Shown here one piece after another: positions 26,080 through 32,328 of a DNA stretch of 64,000 nucleotides. Within the stretch, counting starts at the first letter, position 1. Every line of letters starts with the position of its first letter. Source of the stretch: Anaerovoracaceae bacterium (GTDB lineage Bacteria; Bacillota; Clostridia; Peptostreptococcales; Anaerovoracaceae). The notes under the pieces were generated by a model. It worked only from the letters and a program-made list of their open reading frames with translations. It was not told the origin of the DNA and ran no database searches. The position numbers and the translations under genes were made by a program. The stretch spans positions 1,429 to 65,428 of the forward strand of contig JAWRIG010000024.1 in assembly GCA_040308005.1 (NCBI GenBank). The letters run 5' to 3'.

Positions 26080-26961
26080 ATGAAGGATTGGATAAAACGG
26101 AATCTGCTGACAGTGATAATGGCGGTCGGAATGTTCGTCGGGGTCGTACTTCTCCTGTATCCATCGGTGTCTAACTACTGGAACTCATTTCACCAGACAA
26201 GGGCTATCGCGGGATACACAGAAGCTGTAAGCAAAATGAGTAAAGAAGACTACTCAGCTATACTCGATTCTGCCCATGAGTACAATGAGCGTCTTGCCGA
26301 GACAGGGATGCGGTGGCACATGGACGATGTGCAAAGGGAGGAGTATAATAAGCAGCTTAGTATTAGCGACTCCCAGATAATGGCTTACGTGAGCATGCCG
26401 AAGTTCCACATCAAGTGCCCTATATACCATGGCACCGATGAAGCCATTCTGCAGGTAGCGGTCGGACATCTCGAAGCATCATCGCTTCCGGTCGGAGGAG
26501 AGAGCACACATACACTCATCTCCGGACACCGCGGACTTCCGTCAGCAAGGCTGTTCACAGATATAGCCAAAATGAAAGAGGGCGACACGTGGACGATCAC
26601 GGTGCTTAACGAGACTTTGACATATGAATGCGATCAGATAAGAGTAGTCCTGCCTGACGACCTGTCGGATTTGCAGATAGAAGAAGGCAAAGACCTCTGT
26701 ACACTGATCACATGTACACCATACGGTATCAACACACACAGGCTGCTGGTAAGAGGACACAGGATACCTAATGTAGACGGTATCGCAGACCTCACGGCAG
26801 ACGGCATCCAGATAGAGCCGGTGTTCATAGCACCGTTCCTGGCAGTGCCGATACTGATACTGTTGATCATAATGATGCTGATCACCTCCAGACGTGTAAA
26901 ACGGATGGGGTCAGAAGAATATAAATCTATATACCTCGAGAAGAAGGGGCTGAAGAAATGA
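26080..26961 (+). CDS. srtC: Class C (pilin-polymerising) sortase
   Basis: N-terminal TM segment. LISGHRGLPSARLF (catalytic His), TLITCTPYGINTHRLLVRG (TLxTC Cys and conserved Arg), and a C-terminal TM segment with a basic tail, typical of class C enzymes. Confidence 0.9.
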   Translation: MKDWIKRNLLTVIMAVGMFVGVVLLLYPSVSNYWNSFHQTRAIAGYTEAVSKMSKEDYSAILDSAHEYNERLAETGMRWHMDDVQREEYNKQLSISDSQIMAYVSMPKFHIKCPIYHGTDEAILQVAVGHLEASSLPVGGESTHTLISGHRGLPSARLFTDIAKMKEGDTWTITVLNETLTYECDQIRVVLPDDLSDLQIEEGKDLCTLITCTPYGINTHRLLVRGHRIPNVDGIADLTADGIQIEPVFIAPFLAVPILILLIIMMLITSRRVKRMGSEEYKSIYLEKKGLKK

Positions 26962-28502
26962 AGACTAAGAGACTAACAAAAGGCAAAGCAATACTCGCAT
27001 TCGTGCTGATGCTTATTCTTGCTTCCGGTTTTTACTTGCTGGGAGAGAAAGCATACGCTGATGAAGGCGGAACTGTAACAGTCAAAGTTGGTAATGTGGT
27101 TGGCGACAATGTTGGCTCTTTACCAGCAGGCACTACTTTTACATATAAAGTGTACAAAGTAGGTGATTATGACCGAAGCACAGACGGTACAGTTGTATAT
27201 AAACTGGATCCTGATCTTGGTGAAGCTTCGGGTGTAGCTCAGTTTGTGTCCCAGCCGTCAAGCTTTGATCCAGAGCAGGATGATTGGGCAAAGACATGGG
27301 TTGCACAAGCGAATACATTAGCTACATATATCAATTCTCTTGATGACAAGCCAGACGTTGTAGGTAATCCATACACAGTCACTCTTACTAAGGAAGGAAC
27401 TGAAGAAGGTGCTGCAAGTTTTGATGTAAATCTTCCAACTAACGGCCTTTATCTTCTCTTTGGTGAACCTGTTCAGGTGGGAGATTATCTGTGGACGCCG
27501 CAGCCTGTATTTCTCAGCGCTCTGAATGGGTCTGAAAGGAATTTCGACTACAGCAATTCAGTTGCCAAGAAGATGATATCAAGAAAAGTTGTATTTAATC
27601 ACAACGTCGCAAAGAACTGGATTGGAGATGAAGATATCTCTGACTATGTTCGTCCGAGTAAAATCGCTGTCAAAATCATGTACGGAACAACCTTGGTAGA
27701 TACTGTGATTCTTGAGCGCGACAAGGGATATACATTCTCATGGAAGCATAAAAAACTTGAGGAACATGCGACACAGATTACATACTATCCTGAAGGAGAT
27801 ACTACGGGAAGAGTAATACCTGTTAAATCTACTGACGCAGGATGGTCCGTAGTTGAACTTAGAGAAGCAGATGCTGCAGGTACTGAAGCAGAAGCTGAAG
27901 CCCCACTTCTTCGTTACTATACAACTGAATATGAGCCACTTTCTGTAGACGATGCTACAGAATCCTTAACAATTAAGAACACTTTCACATGTAAGTATCT
28001 GAAGTTACGGAAATCCATTGATGGGTTCGACGGTAACGGTCAGAACATGACATTCTCCTTCAAGGTTGAAGGCCTGAATTCTTCCGGAACTGTCATATAT
28101 ACCAATCACGTAGGTGTCTCCTTCACACAGGAGGATGGTTTGACCAAAGAGGTTGTCCTGAACTACATACCGGGAGCTGTAGAGTCGATAAGAGTCTCAG
28201 AGGAATATTCAGGTAATTATAATCCTGTAGGTGATATCGAGATCTCAGAACTGTATGAAGAAAAAGATTCACCTAAAGCCGCAGACAATGCTGATGCTGC
28301 AGGAACTGATGATGAAACAGCGACAGCAGAAACTACTGAGAAGAAGGTCGTAGGCTGGGAAGCTGAAGCAAACAACGAACATGGCAATCACGGCCCTAAG
28401 GGTGGAATCGTCAACAGATATAACCACGGAGAGGACCCTGTAAAGGATCCTGGCAGTGACCCGGATGCACCGGCTCCTGTAGTACCAGACTCGCCTAGAT
28501 AA
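26958..28502 (+). CDS. Secreted Cna-B-type surface protein without a sorting signal (514 aa); first gene of cassette copy A
   Basis: Signal peptide ending AYADE. Cna-B-like segment KNWIGDEDISDYVRPSKIAVKIMYG. The C-terminal module LKLRKSIDGF...EEYSGNYNP is shared with the 1847-aa protein. The protein ends in a Pro/Asp-rich tail with no LPxTG. Its ATG overlaps the sortase stop (ATGA). Confidence 0.7.
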   Translation: MKTKRLTKGKAILAFVLMLILASGFYLLGEKAYADEGGTVTVKVGNVVGDNVGSLPAGTTFTYKVYKVGDYDRSTDGTVVYKLDPDLGEASGVAQFVSQPSSFDPEQDDWAKTWVAQANTLATYINSLDDKPDVVGNPYTVTLTKEGTEEGAASFDVNLPTNGLYLLFGEPVQVGDYLWTPQPVFLSALNGSERNFDYSNSVAKKMISRKVVFNHNVAKNWIGDEDISDYVRPSKIAVKIMYGTTLVDTVILERDKGYTFSWKHKKLEEHATQITYYPEGDTTGRVIPVKSTDAGWSVVELREADAAGTEAEAEAPLLRYYTTEYEPLSVDDATESLTIKNTFTCKYLKLRKSIDGFDGNGQNMTFSFKVEGLNSSGTVIYTNHVGVSFTQEDGLTKEVVLNYIPGAVESIRVSEEYSGNYNPVGDIEISELYEEKDSPKAADNADAAGTDDETATAETTEKKVVGWEAEANNEHGNHGPKGGIVNRYNHGEDPVKDPGSDPDAPAPVVPDSPR

Positions 28503-28522
28503 GAAAAGGAGGATGATGCGAT

Positions 28523-29035
28523 ATGAAAAAGAATAAGTTACTGATCATGGCGCTCAGCCTCACACTGTGTCTGACAGTGAGCATCGGACTTGCCGTAGCT
28601 TACTTCACAGACTACGAAGATGCTAAGGGCGGAGCGGTCCTTCACCTCTCGGGAAGAACCGAGATTGAGGAAGATTTCGCTGGCAACGATAAGCTTGTCA
28701 CGATAAAAAATGTCAGCGAGGATGATGTTGACATGGTAGTCAGGGTGCTCGCATATGGAGAGAATCTCCAGTACAGCACAAAGACAGAAGGCGACTGGAT
28801 CAAAGATTCTAAAGAGGACAACATCTGGTACTTCCATAAGGTACTTAAGAAGGGTGATTCCACCAGTGTACTGAGAGTTCATGTTGAAGGCCGTGTAGAT
28901 CCTGAAGACCCAATCGACTTCGAGGTCACTGTTGTACATGAGTCTGAGAGAGTCACATATACTCAGGACTCAGCAGGCAACAATATAGTAAAGATTCCTG
29001 ATGGATGGAATGTATCCTCCATCAGTGCAGAGTAG
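28523..29035 (+). CDS. Small TasA/camelysin-like protein with a SipW-cognate-type signal peptide (170 aa)
   Basis: N-terminus MKKNKLLIMALSLTLCLTVSIGLAVAYFTDYEDAKGG matches the TasA-class signal and cleavage region (xAxF[TSN]D). The C-terminal beta-strand FEVTVVHESERV resembles the TasA FSFEATQ strand. Strong RBS AAAGGAGG. Confidence 0.7.
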   Translation: MKKNKLLIMALSLTLCLTVSIGLAVAYFTDYEDAKGGAVLHLSGRTEIEEDFAGNDKLVTIKNVSEDDVDMVVRVLAYGENLQYSTKTEGDWIKDSKEDNIWYFHKVLKKGDSTSVLRVHVEGRVDPEDPIDFEVTVVHESERVTYTQDSAGNNIVKIPDGWNVSSISAE

Positions 29036-29046
29036 GAGGTGCGGAA

Positions 29047-29889
29047 ATGAAAAAGACTAAACTTTCAAAACGCACTATGGCTCTGCTGGTCGCAGCAGGA
29101 CTCCTGTTCACAGGCGGCGCAGTCACCGGCACAAGAGCAGCTCTGAACATCCAGAGTGAATACTACCGCGCACACTTCTATCTGAATCACCTGCAGGTGC
29201 ACCTGATCGAGAATGGCGAGGATGTCTGCGACAGAGCAGGCCATGCCAATGACCTGAACGGCGACGCCAAGACAACAGGTGAGCTCGCAACCGATCTCAA
29301 GTATGAGCACAAGGTAGATGGCGATGAAGTCCTCGGATCAGTCGAGCCGGGCAAAACATACAGAGAAGAGATCGCAGCACAGAACGGCAGCGACATCGAC
29401 GAGTTCGTAAGACTCACCGTACGCAAGTACTGGATGGAGCCTGCTGAAGACGGCAGCATGGTCAAGTCATCAACACTCAGCCCTGACCGAATCCAGCTGA
29501 TGTACGGCGGCAAGGTCGGATGCAACACTGGAGCATGGGCAGAGAACTCAGCTGAAAAGACCGCAGAGAGCAGCACTTATTACTATAAGTCAGACCTCAG
29601 CAGCGGAGAGACATCAGCATTGCTCTTCGACAAGATCAAGATCGACGCAGACCTTGCAGACCTCGGACAGATGACAACTACCGAGACGCAGGAAGGAAAC
29701 AAGAAGGTCTACACATACACATACCAGTATGACGGAGCTACCTTCTACATCGAGGCTGACGTACAGGCTATCCAGACCCACAATGTCAATGAGGCCATCA
29801 AGAGCCAGTGGGGCGTCAGCAACGTAACAGCTAATTACAGTGATCCACAGAACAACGGACAGGGCAGCGGAACGCTGTCAGTCAACTAG
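29047..29889 (+). CDS. TasA/camelysin-like secreted protein (280 aa)
   Basis: Signal LLVAAGLLFTGGAVTGTRAALN. The paralogue in copy B reads GTRAALTYFSEDY. The C-terminal FYIEADVQAIQTHNV resembles the terminal TasA strand (F.F.A.Q). RBS AGGAGG before the ATG at 29047. Confidence 0.65.
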   Translation: MKKTKLSKRTMALLVAAGLLFTGGAVTGTRAALNIQSEYYRAHFYLNHLQVHLIENGEDVCDRAGHANDLNGDAKTTGELATDLKYEHKVDGDEVLGSVEPGKTYREEIAAQNGSDIDEFVRLTVRKYWMEPAEDGSMVKSSTLSPDRIQLMYGGKVGCNTGAWAENSAEKTAESSTYYYKSDLSSGETSALLFDKIKIDADLADLGQMTTTETQEGNKKVYTYTYQYDGATFYIEADVQAIQTHNVNEAIKSQWGVSNVTANYSDPQNNGQGSGTLSVN

Positions 29890-29900
29890 GAGGTGCCGGA

Positions 29901-30686
29901 ATGATCAAGAGAATGATTAAGATCCTGCCGGTCCTCGCACTGGCACTGATGATGGTCATGAGCATGTCCTCAGCGGTACTCGCTGAGAGCACAAGCTATG
30001 ACGGCATATGCACATTCACAGGCAGCAAGATGGTATCGAGTTTCGACTCAGCCCAGCTTGCAAGCGCAGTCTCAGGACTGCAGCCTGGTGATGATGTCAC
30101 ATTCACAGTAGAGTACAAGAACAGATACGACGGCGCTACAGACTGGTACATGGAGAACAGCATCGTACAGACGCTGGAGAAAGCCAACGCCAAGAAGAGA
30201 GTAAGCGGCACCGGCCAGGCAGAGAACGGCGGTTACACATACGAGCTGACACTTCACAAGTCTGACGGTACGACAAGCGTGCTCTTCAGCAATGCCACAG
30301 TCGGCGGCGAAGCTGTAGTAAATAACAGAGAAGGTCTCGAGCCTGCAACCAACGCACTCGAAGACTGGTTCTACATTGACACACTGAAGAAGAACGGAGA
30401 CTCCGGCACAGTAGTACTTCACGTAGCATTCGACGGAGAGACCGAAGTAAACGACTACATGGATACAGACGGTGAACTTAACGTAAGGTTCGCTGTAGAG
30501 CTGCCGCCGGAAGGAACCCCGCCTGAAGAGACCGAGGTAATCAAGAAGGTAGTCAAAACAGGAGACCAGAGCAGACTCCTCATGTGGGCGTCGATCGGCC
30601 TCGTAGCAGGCCTCCTGATGTTCGTGCTCGCATTCCTCAGCAGGAAGAAAGATGAGAAAGCAGACGGCAAAGGAGGTAGAGCGTGA
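29901..30686 (+). CDS. TasA-like beta-sandwich protein with a C-terminal VKTGD sorting-signal-like anchor (261 aa)
   Basis: Signal peptide ending VLAES. GETEVNDYMDTDGELNVRFAVE resembles the TasA NKYQG...F.F.A.Q region. The C-terminus is KKVVKTGDQSRLLMWASIGLVAGLLMFVLAFLSRKKDEK (motif, TM segment, basic tail). Confidence 0.65.
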   Translation: MIKRMIKILPVLALALMMVMSMSSAVLAESTSYDGICTFTGSKMVSSFDSAQLASAVSGLQPGDDVTFTVEYKNRYDGATDWYMENSIVQTLEKANAKKRVSGTGQAENGGYTYELTLHKSDGTTSVLFSNATVGGEAVVNNREGLEPATNALEDWFYIDTLKKNGDSGTVVLHVAFDGETEVNDYMDTDGELNVRFAVELPPEGTPPEETEVIKKVVKTGDQSRLLMWASIGLVAGLLMFVLAFLSRKKDEKADGKGGRA

Positions 30687-31708
30687 TGAAGACTTACAGA
30701 AGAATTCTTACGATCGTCCTCAGCCTGATGCTGACACTGAGCCTCAGCGGCATAGCAGCATTCGCAGCTGAGGGAGACAACCTGGACAACGCCGGCCTGA
30801 CATACACAGTCACCATCTACTCAGGTGACTCGGGCACATTCAAGGACGGAAGCACAGTAAAGAAGATCACCGGCCTTTCATACGGAGATACAGTCAAGCT
30901 GAGCATCAACTCAGAGGACTATGCTCCGGTACTGAACAAAGACGCCGAGAAGTACTATGCACGCGGCTTCAAGATCGCAGGACACGATAACGACGAGATC
31001 AGCCGTCTGCAACTGGTTGACTACAACTACCAGGTAACAGGCGATGAGTCCTTCACAGTCGCATACGGCATGAAGGGCGGCATGGTCAAGTACACAGTCA
31101 ACTATGTTGACGAGAACGGCAACACACTCCATCCGTCAGCAGAATACTACGGAATGGCAGGAGACTATCCGGTAGTTTCGTACCAGTATGTCGAGGGATT
31201 CGCACCTAATGCGTATAACCTCGGTAAGACACTTACAGCCAACGAGGCAGACAACGTATTCACCTTCACATATGCTCCGAGTACTCTGACTGCTGAAGAG
31301 CAGGCAGCAGCCGCAACACAGGTAGTTACAGTCGTAGCTGCCGGCGGTAACGCAGGAGCTGGTGCCGGAGCAGGAGCTGGTGCGGGTGCAGGCGGCGCCG
31401 GAGCTGCAGGAGCAGGCGGAGTCAACATTGGAGACAATGCTACACCGGCAGCAGGAGCACCTAACGTAGTCGACCTCGACAACGGAGATGTACCGCAGGC
31501 AGAACCTGATACCGACGAGAAGGAAGGCGAGCTTGCAGGACAGAAGACAAGAGGCATCATCATCGCAGGAGCATGCGCAGTGCTGCTCGCAGCAATAGCT
31601 GCTTTCGCACTCGCAAAGCGCAAGAGCGAAGAAGATGAAGACGAAGAAGACGAGGATGAAGACGAGGTCGAGAACAAGACCGAGACCGAGTCTGAACCAA
31701 AACACTAA
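30686..31708 (+). CDS. Type I membrane protein with a MucBP-like ectodomain, a Gly/Ala-rich linker and a poly-acidic cytoplasmic tail (340 aa)
   Basis: Signal peptide (AAFAAEG). The MucBP-like segment is VKYTVNYVDENGNTLHPSAEYYGMAGDYPVVSYQYVEGFAPNAYNL...NVFTFTY. The linker is GAGAGAGAGAGAGGAGAAGAGG. TM segment IIIAGACAVLLAAIAAFALA, then EEDEDEEDEDEDE. RBS AAAGGAGG lies 8 nt upstream of the ATG at 30686. Confidence 0.65.
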   Translation: MKTYRRILTIVLSLMLTLSLSGIAAFAAEGDNLDNAGLTYTVTIYSGDSGTFKDGSTVKKITGLSYGDTVKLSINSEDYAPVLNKDAEKYYARGFKIAGHDNDEISRLQLVDYNYQVTGDESFTVAYGMKGGMVKYTVNYVDENGNTLHPSAEYYGMAGDYPVVSYQYVEGFAPNAYNLGKTLTANEADNVFTFTYAPSTLTAEEQAAAATQVVTVVAAGGNAGAGAGAGAGAGAGGAGAAGAGGVNIGDNATPAAGAPNVVDLDNGDVPQAEPDTDEKEGELAGQKTRGIIIAGACAVLLAAIAAFALAKRKSEEDEDEEDEDEDEVENKTETESEPKH

Positions 31709-31745
31709 TTAACACTACACCGGGACGCAGGGACACGAGAAGTTA

Positions 31746-32312
31746 ATGAAAACCAGCAGCAGTAAGAGAGTCATTAAATGGATCATCGCTTTGCTTATAG
31801 CAACTATGATCGGATATGGCGGATACAGCTACTGGCAGATAAGCAAATCGATGCGCCATGCTAATGAGGTCATCGAGGTCATGAAGACACTCGTACCGAA
31901 CCTCGGAGTAGATACTGGGATATCGACAGGACAGGGCCGTGATCCGCTCGCGGCACTATCCATCGACCAGAAAGACATAGTGGGCTGTATAGAAGCACCT
32001 TCCATCGACCTGATGGCACCTGTAACGGCCTCAGGCTACGAGGAAGAGGGTTTTGCCACTATAGTCAGCGGATCGCCTGTTAAAGGAAATCTGCGCATCA
32101 TAGGGGGGCGCAAAGACGTTTTCAGAAAGATAGCAAAGGCAAAGCCGGGCGATATCGTGGCTTTCACGGATATCGACGGTGTGAGGTACAACTATCAGGT
32201 CACGACCCAGTTCCACCTCAAGGACTGGGACGAGGCCGACCATGACCTCATGCTCTGCTATGAAACAGACGACGATACGCAGTTCGTACTGGGCTGCAAG
32301 AGTGAACGGTAA
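31746..32312 (+). CDS. Small sortase-like protein with a degenerate active site (188 aa)
   Basis: N-terminal TM segment. Sortase-like strand order: VGCIEAPSIDLMAPV (cf. G.I.IP.I.L..PV), NLRIIGGRKDVFRKI in place of the (L/I)AGHR..(F) His motif, PGDIVAFTDIDGVRYNYQV, and DLMLCYETD in place of TLxTC. Confidence 0.5.
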   Translation: MKTSSSKRVIKWIIALLIATMIGYGGYSYWQISKSMRHANEVIEVMKTLVPNLGVDTGISTGQGRDPLAALSIDQKDIVGCIEAPSIDLMAPVTASGYEEEGFATIVSGSPVKGNLRIIGGRKDVFRKIAKAKPGDIVAFTDIDGVRYNYQVTTQFHLKDWDEADHDLMLCYETDDDTQFVLGCKSER

Positions 32313-32328
32313 AGGGATAGGTTTCGAA

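Noticed and set aside
31136-31705. Minus-strand ORFs 31136-31705 and 31165-31677, and similar antisense or alternate-frame ORFs elsewhere. Examples are 37207-37697, 51045-51519, 59292-59863 and 60087-60523.
   Set aside because: They all lie opposite, or out of frame with, low-complexity Gly/Ala-, Glu/Ala- or Asn/Ala-rich coding segments of well-supported plus-strand genes. Repetitive codon composition keeps other frames open artefactually.
32242-32328. The longer start (32242) for the 1560-aa adhesin given by the ORF track.
   Set aside because: It would overlap the sortase-like gene by 71 nt and add 29 residues with no counterpart in the paralogous 2665-aa protein. MNTLDQIV at 32329 aligns with MKLLERLD of the paralogue and has an upstream purine-rich RBS.
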